Shown piece by piece: positions 54,340 through 64,000 of a stretch of 64,000 nucleotides of DNA. This DNA comes from Takakia lepidozioides (taxonomy: Eukaryota; Plantae; Bryophyta): assembly GCA_030704615.1 (NCBI GenBank), contig CM060731.1, forward strand, positions 17,794,001-17,858,000, written 5' to 3'. How positions within the stretch are numbered: the first letter of the stretch is position 1; the number at the start of each line of letters is the position of its first letter. A program made the translations under genes and the position numbers. The notes beneath the pieces are model-generated. The model worked only from the letters and a program-made list of their open reading frames with translations. It searched no databases and was not told the DNA's origin.

Positions 54340-57300
54340 CGTGAGCTTGTGAGCCTGTGAGCCTGTGAGCCTGAAGCTCGCTTGAGAAGAGCTCCGTATC
54401 AGCTTCCATGCCGAAGAAGTGCCTTCCGGCGCTCTTGCAAGCATAAAAACATGCTCCTGGAAATCCAAGAAGAACGAGAAATAAAAACAGGGTTTCCTTA
54501 AGGTCACTGCCCATATGTCAAACACAATGTGAAGGGCCCCACCTGTGCCCATAGACAAGTCAACCACTCGTCCACCATGACGGCTGCATGCAAAGTCTGC
54601 ATGAAAGCTGGAGATTTCTCCCATGCACCTCTCCAAGGGACACCAATCGACCTTTTCATAGTCCGACCCGAGTCGACGTAATTGAAGATAACATCATCCT
54701 CCACAGGCTCGCAGGTGGGGTCAATGTGAGCTGCAAGGTCCCTCAACTGAAACTCAGCAACACCAGCAGGAAGAGTGTCCTTCTGCCTACCCAGGCACAA
54801 AGCTTCGAACACCCGTGTCTGTCAATAATCACGAAGAGAGAATGAGACAAAAGACATAACCCACCATTTTGATTTACCGAAAAACCACGAAACATCAATT
54901 GAAAGGAACCAACTCACTTTCTGCCCCGGGAACTCGCCCTTCGTAAGAGGCAGAGTATTGATGCATGTCCAAGTTTTGATGACACGAAACCCGGAAGCTT
55001 TCATGTAGCTGAAAAGAGTTCTTCGAGCCGACATGTCCTTTGACTGCATAAGAAGAAGAGCCCCCGAGTCCGAAAGGAACTTGTTGCTGAACGAGAAAGC
55101 CCACTGCCAGTAACGAGAATCTGATTTGTTCCAAGTTGGGGTCGAATTGGAAGGAAACACATCAGGGACAGGAAAACCGTCAGGAATGTCCAGCACCACA
55201 AGGTCAGTCGCGTATGCCTGCTGAACTCCATTCACCCATTCCGGACTTTTTGTGACCTACAGCCAAAAACATGAGACAGTGTAAGAAGCCCAATCCAAAT
55301 CTAACATGAGATCAATCCCCTGGACAAGCCACAACAAGTTGCCAAAACACAATTATTCATACAACAGTTTAGACATGAGTGTTCACCTGAGTGAGGAACG
55401 AAACAAGCATGTCCCATGATTTCGAGGGCACCCCTTTGAATGTGGACTTCCTGGACTCCATCATTGCAAGAAAACTTTCATTCAGCACCTTACGATTGAA
55501 CTGGCCCAAAACCCTGGAGGGATGTTCTCTCGCCTCGAAAACTTGCTCCCTCGACTTTTGATGTTCTCCTATCCCTCCTTGCGGGAGAAGGCTGTCTTTC
55601 AGGAACCTCTGACGGTCCCTGTCCTTGCGGAGCTGCACTTTTCCCCTTCCCCTTCGGATCCCCGACAATCTTCCCCTTTCGTTTTGGAGTAGCAGTTTTT
55701 TCGGGCTCTTTTGCAGCCAGAGCCGAAATGATTTTGTCCTGGATGTCTTTGTCAGCCAATGGGGCAATCGCTGCGGCATTGTCGTTGAGGTTCTCAAAAC
55801 AACTTCATCGAATGGAGTGTCATGTTTTGGACCCACAGTCTCGGAAGTGCGCCCTGCTCCAGTCTTTGGCAATACCAGCCGTGTACATTGTCTTGTCATT
55901 GGAGGGGTCAGCCCATGAATAGATGAAGTCTGGGTCATCGCTAAGGTACTTTCCCGGTATGAGGATATGATACATATACCTGAATCACACACAAAAAACC
56001 AGACAATCATTCGATCAGAAAATGAAAAAGAACACACATCCGGAAAAAGATATTGAAATGCAGGAAGGCAACACTGAGAATTCTACTTTTCAAATCCCGA
56101 ATCAACCTTGCGTTGACGCAATGTTCATTCGAGCAGAAATGGGGAACACCAAATGATAATGTTGTATTGATAGAGACAACGACTGAGAAGCGCAATTCAA
56201 CATTGCTTCAATGCAAGGTTGTTTTCATTCAGAGAGGAAATGGAAAACACTGCCTGAAAACTACCATCTGACTATGTACTGGTGCGGATATTCAACATTG
56301 CGTTGGCGCAATGTTGAAATCCTCTGTTGAAACACATGTCAATGCTATCTGATAATCATAAGTTTCCTACAATTGTATTGAAATCGGGGGATGGCTGCGG
56401 GAAATTTCCAGCAATCCATACCGCCAAACAACCTTGCGTCAACGCAAGTCTGTTTGTTGGTACAGTGAAAGTTGTAAATAGCATTTCAAACCGACTCCAA
56501 ACAGTCTTATGTTCATCTTGGCAGCATTGGAACTGGATTTGAACTACCCAAAACCACAGGAAAAGCTACATAGTCTGCCACTTCATCAACCTTGCGTTGA
56601 CGCAAGGCTGATTTTCCTGTCAGTTTATCCCCTTTCACATTCAGAAAAACGGCATTATGGGATACCCAGGTATAGGTAAGTGAAACCAGGACAATGGGAA
56701 ACAACCTTGCGTTAACGTAATGTTGCTCGACTGCACATGCAGAGCCCTCAGAGATCTCGCAAAGCACTGCAAATTCGCATTCTTTATGGAAAGAACGACA
56801 CAAGATTGCAGAAACATGCCCTTCAAGCACCAATTTTGATTCAAGGAGGTCACACCTGTACAAACACTCTCGCGTTTCATTGCTTGCTCGCTGTTGTACT
56901 GGTTTTTGAATTCGTAAGACCTGGAGATTCATTTCTCTTTCTCAAACTCCCTGAAGAAGCAGTTGTTCCAGACAGCGAGCTTCCATCTCCTGATATAGGC
57001 CTCCAGTGTGATCCGGGGGCAAGCCATCTGGATTTTGTAGTCTGCCATCGACTCAGCAAGTGCATCCACTGCACGTTTTTCTAACTGCAACAAGAAAGCT
57101 CGTAAGAATTTGGGAGAGGTTACGGAGCAACACAAATGTCTGAAAATGGTTTGGTTCAAACCTTACCTAGCTCCAGAAGTGGCTTTGTGTAGCCACTGGT
57201 CGAATGTGTGGTCGCTAACAACTCTTATTGCTTGTGTCTTCGGGTCCCTCTCTGGAGTTGGGAACATGTTCGTGTCTCTCACAAGAGGATCCGAATTCCA

Positions 57301-59554
57301 TATCTCCAACCACCTGATTTCGGTTGCATTGTCCACCATTGAAATGGAAAGGCGATGTAGTTTCTCTTGAGTCATTTCTGCTTGGAGCCATACTTGTCAT
57401 AGTGTGCTTTCACCTGCTCCAGAAATTCTGTGCCAAGACCTGGGTCTGCTAACCGGATATGTTTGTTGAATGCACTCATGAGGTTCTTCCTTTGATTTTT
57501 TATCTCGAACTTCATCATGTCCTCAAGCCCAGTTGCAGACCACTGCTCTTCTGTGTGGGAATCATAGTACTCTGCTTTCGCCTTCAATCCAGTTTTTGCT
57601 ATTTCTTGCTGCATACATAACAGGTAAAAAGAATCAAACACTGGAATTTCTTCACAAAATTTGCAGTAACAACAGGCAAACAGGTGTCAAAAAGCTTACA
57701 GTGTACATGTACTCAAGAAAAGCCTCCTTTGTCAAGCTGTACCATGTGCTTGTCTTCTTCTCAGCACACCTCTTCATCTGCTGAGGACTGAGCACGTTCG
57801 TGAATGACTCCAGTGGCATCAGCCCTACCTTCTGGATGCGAATAGAGTGTGGCACAGATTGGTCGTCACATGAGATGTTTCATTGGACCTGGAAAAACCT
57901 GCAACTCATAAGATGATTTCAAATTGTCGAAACAAGGAATAGACACAAAGTTGGAAACTTACTTGTTTATGTCGTGAATGGCTGTCAAGAGCTGCGTGAC
58001 ACGTCCTTTGTGATCGAGAACCATGGAAACCATGCTCCAGTGCCATTCAATGTCGTCCGAGTGCAAGCTTGAAATGTAATCCATCCAGGCAAGCAGTCTG
58101 TGGTTCCCATCCCAGACAAAAAACATCTTTCCCATGAATGCTTTTGTGGAGGCCTTTTTGGACAGCTTAAACTCGAACTCCTCTGTTTACATCCCGCAGC
58201 ATGCATCCCAACCTTGCTCAATGTCCTCTGTTACAAGACACTCCTCTCCTTTCGTGTTCATAGTGGATACGTAGAACACAGCTGATCCCTTGACATAGCC
58301 GTGAACAAAGTCGTTCTTCAACTTCGTTATATCATTCCTCAATGTCGGTCGAACAGCGGGCATGGAGATCATCCTACACAGCGGAATGACCAGGTTTCCG
58401 CCGGGAACCTCCATCGACAGAATCACCTTCGACGAGTTCACTTTTTGCCCACCAATTATCTCCTCGGCCTTGTCTTCATAGTTTCCCTCCAATGAGTCTT
58501 CCTCACCTTCACCTTTTGACGTGCGGCCAAATCTTCCCCCTTGGATTTCCTTTTTCTTTTCCTCTGCACAGAATGAATTATCTGTGAGTGACAAATTGAG
58601 CACCCATGGATCAACATTGCTTTGACGCAAGGTTGATTGATGGGATGTAATTTAGACTGAAAGGCATACAGGAAAGACTTTTGAAGCAAAAAAATGCTTT
58701 GCGTTGACGTAGGGTTCTTTTGGGAGCTTCAATTAATCAACTTTCCCTACCTTACAGTTCAGGGTATGAGAGATCGGACGCTTCCATTGAGCAAAAAAAT
58801 CATCAAAACCAGCCTTGCGTCAACGCAATGTTGATTCCTGTGCGGCATCTGTTCGTTTCACTAGAAGTTCTAACATACACCATGGAGGTTGGCATCAACC
58901 TTGCGTTGACGCAAGGTTGATTGCGAGCTCTCGGATCGGTGTTGAACAAACACAAAAGCTACAAGAAAAGGAGATTGTTGTCTCTTCTTCTTCTTCGAAC
59001 TTGATGATGCGTCGCAAGCATCCATGTCTGTCTACCTTGATTGTAGTGCAGCATCTGCACTGTTTTGATGCCCAATATATACACTTAGGAGGTCGACTTC
59101 AACCTTGCGTTGACGCAAGGTTGATGTCGACCTCAATGCTTAGCAAGAACCACAGAATCAGAGAGAGAGAAAGAGAGTTCATAGCCACCTCCGGTTTCTT
59201 CTTTGCACTTGATGATGCTCCTGACGCATTCAATCTTTCCATTTGGTCTGGAGGTAGCATGCTTCCAAGGAGGTCCCGATGGTGCGAAACAAGGGCAGAC
59301 GGCATCGTTTCCGCGTCCGTTTGTTCTCCCTGCTCTTTGAAGACCTGTTTCTCTACTCGCAGTGCTTTCTCCCGAGCCCAGCTCACTTCCTCGTCCTCCC
59401 CCCCTTCTATTGGAGGTTGCTCATCGGTCGTCTCCGGGATCACTTCAAGACCTTCCTCTCCACACTGCGGTTGCAGAATCCTGTTTCGCCCTTCGTCTTC
59501 CTCTACGCCAGATGTTTCTTCTCCCATTCTAAGTTCCCATCTCGCCTTCCTCAT
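54340..59554 (-). pseudogene. Multi-exon ParB-like domain + beta-class amino-DNA-methyltransferase fusion gene, disrupted
   Basis: FFVWDGNHRLLAW (DGNHR at 58111-58097). Exon 55256-54918 has DLVVLDIPDG...FLSDSGALLL...GFRVIKTW. Exon 54818-54543 has PWRGAWEKSPAF and, after a frameshift, GGRVVDLSMGTG. The exon from 54456 has ACKSAGRHFFGMEAD. GT-AG introns, several stops. Confidence 0.8.
56102..59134. repeat. 11 dispersed 26-bp palindromes (TCAACCTTGCGTTGACGCAAGGTTGA) in two inferred intron regions
   Basis: Copies start at 56102, 56197, 56292, 56428, 56586, 56701, 58611, 58693, 58809, 58895 and 59099. Confidence 0.9.
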
Positions 59555-60313
59555 CCTCTCCTTAGCGCGTGCCCTTTGCTTGTTTGAAGTGAAATAAAGT
59601 GTTCTTCGACGCTTGCTTCTCCCTCGGAATGGGGTCACCGTCTCTGCAGAATCCAGGGTTGCAAAGACAATAAGGAGAAGAGGGAAAAAAGAGGACTATA
59701 GGAGGTTCATCGCAAGGCCTTCAACGCCAAGATGTTCGCTCGCAACGTTCAGTGCGCCACTGACTCATTCCACATGCATGGCGAACACGTGTCCATCTAA
59801 TCGTTAGGAAATATCGGCGGAGATCATTGGATCCTCATCCATCCAAAAATCGTTGGGGTCTAATCACCTCTCATCTGAAAAAGTTCATTATTGGGCAATT
59901 TATTCTGGGATGTTCCAGAGGAATGTCAAGTATGTACAGTTGTACAGCGGTGCAGGTGCCATTAAAATTAAATGGAAATGGGCATCTCTTCTGGCCTCTC
60001 TGACATGACAACCAAACGGCGGCTCTGTCAGTCAATCTGTCAACGAATGCACTGGTGGGGCACTTGTGAAAAAACAGTTGGATTCTAGGATTAGGGTTGA
60101 CATTATGGACTCCGCATTTGGGCACTCTATGACCATGCGCTTGGTTCGCATGGGGAGACATTTCACAGAAGTGGAAACCCGCGTTAGGAGATCTGCAAGC
60201 CGGAGCGATACCTGCAATTCTCTGTGAGGACGCCAAAAACTCCGCTCCCACACAATTTGCATTCACAAGCACCGTCGGATTGTGAACTCTACTTTCTGAA
60301 GCAACATCGACAT

Positions 60314-61749
60314 ATGGCCTCCCAGGCCATGGGCTCCCTTGACGCGGACTTCTTCAGTGAGGACCACCCTGTGCCATTTTCTTACGAGGTGGAAGATGAT
60401 GGTTTTGCGCTGGTGCATGAACACGTCCTCGCAACGCAGTTTCAGTTGGAAAATGGAACTCTATTCCTTCAAAGGGAAGTGTACGATGCCAATGGAAAAC
60501 TGCTCAAGTACGTGTTCCAGAAACCTTCGCATACTGCACCAGCCACACAATGGAGAGTGCCTCCAGGAGCGAGTTGATGTTGCGGGCAGCTGGAAGATCA
60601 GGGGATCCCAGCAAAATAGTGCGGGCAGTGAGCATATGTGCAGATGGCACCCCTCTCGTGGGAAGAGTTCCCCATCTGGAAGGCGAAGAGAGATTCGGGT
60701 CTTGCAAACGGAAATTGGACACCCCTCCGGGATCGGATGCAGATTCCCATAGGGCGGACAGGGTGAACTTCTCGACGCCACGTGTTCCCTTGGATCAGAG
60801 ATGGAATTGCGGAACATCCACAGGTGAGGGCTACTCTGCCCCAGACCGGACCCCTGCATCAAGCATTGTCACTGCAATGGTTGAAGACCAGAACGTGGTG
60901 CCGCATATAATCGAGTCCATGGGCTTGGACGAGGTTTGGCATATAGAACGCACAAGTGCTGGATCTCGTGTGAAATGCACGGCGATCAGGGCCACCAATC
61001 ATGAAAAATGTACATCATTAATCTCCAGAGGGAAAGAACGCACTACAGCTCCTACATTCACGGGTTTGTTTCTCCCTTACGGACAAGGCGAGGCAAAGAA
61101 CCACAAGTTCTGGTTCTGCGCTGACGATTGTGGGAGATGTGTGCATGGTACAGTGAGGCCTTCCGTGGTAAGGAAGCCTACTCCACCAACCGTGTGGCCT
61201 GTGAAGATGGGCACAGGTCTCACTCACCGAGAGATCGCAATGCTGGAAGAGGCGGGTTTCTCCCTAGCCAGACATTCCATTGCACGTGAAGGTGCTTCAA
61301 GTGGAAGCGGTTCACGGGTACCTCCGCCTGACGCTCACTTGTGGCCAACCAGACGGAATGGGAAGCTGGTTCGATGATTCCCTCCAACCGCAGAACACTA
61401 CGGCAAAATTGAGTCCGCCAGAATGCTTCACGCTCGTATTGCGGGAACAATGGAAGTGCCTGATCCACGGTATGGTCGGGTCTTCACCATGATCTCATCC
61501 GCATCTGCGCTGCAGGACAGGACGTACGAAATCATTGTTTCCAATTTTCCCAATTGTACATGTCCTGATTTTGTTGGTATGCTTTCAAGTAGTTTGAGAA
61601 AGAGAGGGAAGTTCATACCGTGCAAACACCTTTACTTCGTCTTCTTGAGAAGGATGGTTTGTGATCCAAAGCGCGACTTCTTCATTCACCAAGCCACTGT
61701 GAGTTTCAACGAAGTCAACACACTTCTACAGCGGGATACAAGCCCATAA
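60314..61749 (+). pseudogene. SWIM zinc-finger, Cys-rich transposon-type protein, disrupted; no DDE core seen
   Basis: YEIIVSNFPNCTCPDF...CKHLYFVF (CxC...CxH) and a second Cys cluster FWFCADDCGRCV. Frame break at ~60550 and in-frame TGA at 61375. Confidence 0.75.
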
Positions 61750-61929
61750 AAATCTGTGTTTACCTTGACTACAACTTGTAATGGAATGACTGTTCAAGTC
61801 CAGTGACTCTCAATGTATGTCGTCTAACATCTTTGCTATGCGTGGGTCAATGCATTTGTCGCATTGGTTTGTCATTCTCTTTTCATTAGCAAACACAAGA
61901 AACTACCTTCAGATAGACAGATGATCAAA

Positions 61930-62165
61930 TCAACCTCGTCTCAACATGAGGTTTACTTGAAGTTCTCCAAATCTTCCTTGTGTTGACACAAGGATGATTT
62001 TTGTTCTCAGAAAACAACATCGTGTCAACACGAAGTTCATTTTTGTTCCAGGAAAACAACCTCGTGTTAACACGAGGTTTTGTTGAAGTTCTCCAAATCC
62101 CCCTTGTGTCGACACGAGGTTCATTTCAGTTCTACGAAATGAAGCTCCTGTTAACAGAAGGTTGA
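61930..62165. repeat. 42-bp-period array of six related palindromes
   Basis: Copies start at 61930, 61972, 62014, 62056, 62098 and 62140; consensus approximately CAACCTYGTGTYRACACRAGGTT. Confidence 0.9.
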
Positions 62166-63049
62166 ACTCCAGGAAAGCCCAAAACCCTTCATCCGTTTCA
62201 CCTTCATGTGGTGAAATCAGCAGTTGGGGGCTCCACGGTTATAGGCCCACCTTCTTTGTGGTGACGTGGCATGACCTGGACCAGGCTCACGCCACGTCAG
62301 CATCAGCGCCATGTCAGCAGCGTGAGCGTAGGCTCACGCCATGTCATCATTGTGTGAGCGTACACTCACACGCTCACGCGCCAGGCTCACGCGCCAGGCT
62401 CACGCGGTAGCGTCGTTGATTACTCCTACCCCAGCAGTAGACATTGTAATGGGCTGCCCAAGTTTCTATATTGGCAGTTACTTGTACCGAATGTTCGTGA
62501 TAATGAGGGGAACCTGGCAGCGCTATGAGAGTATTGAAAAAGATACTAATTGGGAATTACCCAAATTCCAGCCACCAGAGAGAGTCGCAGGCACTTCACC
62601 ATATATGAATAGACCACTCTATGCTGAAGCATGGTGCCAGGCGAAGGACCACTTTTCACCATTGGTCTTGGACAGAGACCACCCTTTCAGAGAAATAGGG
62701 ATCCAAGCTGTTAACTGGTTAATGGGCAGCAGGACGACTAAACACATTATACCCTGGACCAAGGAGGAGCTGCAAACCTACCGAGAAACCTTGACCACCA
62801 AAATCAATATGGTACGTGGGGACGGAGTAGCAGAACACCCTGATGACGAAAGCTGGCCCACTCATGAACCAAAGGAGCAACCAGACAGTGACGACAACAT
62901 GAACAAGAAGTTGTCACCACGACAATACTGGGACGCACTTCCTACCCCGCAGACAGGCATGCCACCACCTTACATGCCCAAGATATACAACAAGCACAGG
63001 AACTGACGAAATTGTGCGGACACAATTTCAAAAGAGGGGGGGGAATAAA

Positions 63050-63890
63050 TGATAATGGCTATGCTACGAGGGCCAGACAGCGAGGGTCACAACGGGACAT
63101 ACTGGGTAGTGATGGATGTACACTAACTGGTCACGGGCAAAAACGGCTAAGTACGCGGTACTTAGCAAATGGCGGAACAATGGTACATTATCACGAGAGC
63201 AGTAGTGGGTAGTGTAGTAACCGTGGGCACGGCCACGTTAGCATTGGCTTTAACTAATAGAGAGAGTAGTGGACCATTTACCACTATGGCTCACGACCAC
63301 GTTTTTAGCAAACCTTTTAGGTTGCGTAGGTAGTTAGGCAAACGGTCATTAACGACCGCAGACTGTAACGACTCTTTTGAACATAGTATAAAAAGGTTGC
63401 GCGCAACTTAGAAGGAGAGCAATATGAGTATTAGTGATCAGTGTGTATTCAGGGACTCAGAGTGATTCAATATATACTTTTGTGATGATATGACAAACTC
63501 TGAAGTAAAGCCATGCTATTCGAAGTATCTCTGTGTAGAGTGAACGTGAGATGGAGAGAATGTGCATTATGAGAGAACGTGAGATGGTGAGAATGTATAT
63601 CATCTCAGGATAGTTCTTGTTTGCCTTGACTACCATTTGCTTAACGACTTCAGTCTTTTCGACTAAGATCTTTCATACCAAAGAGACTGTAAATTGAGCT
63701 TAATCAATAGGATTAAGCAGTCTACAGGGAATTGAATTCATACGATGTTCATGGTTTAGCTATCCTTAAAACGATTACTTCGTAATCGTTTTTGAAAGCA
63801 TACCGTCGGACAACCTCTGTTGCATGTCTTAGGAAATGGGCAGTAGTGCTGATAGCCTGTTTTGTCTAAGTCATAAACCAGCGGTTAACA
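63050..63890 (+). repeat. 3' LTR
   Basis: TGATAA...TTAACA termini, follows the PPT. Confidence 0.95.
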
Positions 63891-64000
63891 GTGGTTCTAG
63901 GAAACTTACATTGGGAATGTGCATTGGTGTATGTAGATGACATCAATGTTTACTCGGCCGACTTTGATTCTCACATGCTAGATCTGAAGCGGGTACTCTA

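Larger units (their letters stand above)
54319..62411. mobile_element. ~8.1-kb TIR-bounded DNA element with ParB-MTase and SWIM genes, no TSD
   Basis: Left end GCTTGCGCGTGAGCCTGGC and right end (reverse complement) GCTACCGCGTGAGCCTGGC match 17/19. Subterminal GTGAGC/GCTCAC repeats at both ends. Confidence 0.82.
52478..63890 (+). mobile_element. Non-autonomous (pol-less) LTR retroelement with nested insertion
   Basis: Two ~850-bp LTRs. PBS TGGCGACCGTACTGGGA at 53344 resembles a tRNA-Arg complement. PPT aaaagagggggggaataaa lies before 63050. Confidence 0.93.

Noticed and set aside
54340-59554. Bacterial contamination as the source of the ParB-MTase
   Set aside because: The gene has GT-AG introns, one splitting motif I in phase, and it is nested within a plant-type LTR element.
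58815-59597. 260-aa plus-strand ORF
   Set aside because: Antisense shadow of the acidic first exon of the minus-strand gene plus palindrome repeats.
61930-62165. CRISPR array
   Set aside because: The repeats are degenerate, the 16-bp linkers are too short and resemble each other, and there are no cas genes.

Overview
Eukaryotic nuclear DNA from a land plant, probably a bryophyte or other seed-free plant (inferred from PLS/DYW-type PPR genes and spliceosomal introns). Bases 1-19.8 kb are a patchwork of minus-strand pseudogene fragments (PHD/AIPP2-like, several PPR tracts, a detached DYW tail, an RLK kinase scrap, the 3' half of CDC20) plus a non-autonomous Mutator-like element with TIRs and a 9-bp TSD. 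Bases 20.2-22.9 kb are a head-to-tail array of non-autonomous Helitron-like units. Three genes look intact: a 6-exon cysteine synthase family gene, a 13-exon PIG-S gene and an intronless BTB/POZ gene. Bases 48.8-63.9 kb are a transposon nest: a decayed Gypsy element is cut off by a pol-less LTR element, whose ORF is split by an ~8.1-kb TIR element with no TSD. That inner element is the main finding. It carries an intron-containing gene fusing a ParB-like domain (DGNHR) to a bacterial-type beta-class N4C/N6A DNA methyltransferase, a divergent SWIM-finger gene, and about 17 copies of a 26-bp palindrome, mostly with a GTYRAC core, confined to non-coding parts. Both genes are disrupted in this copy. 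All calls were made by eye without database searches.
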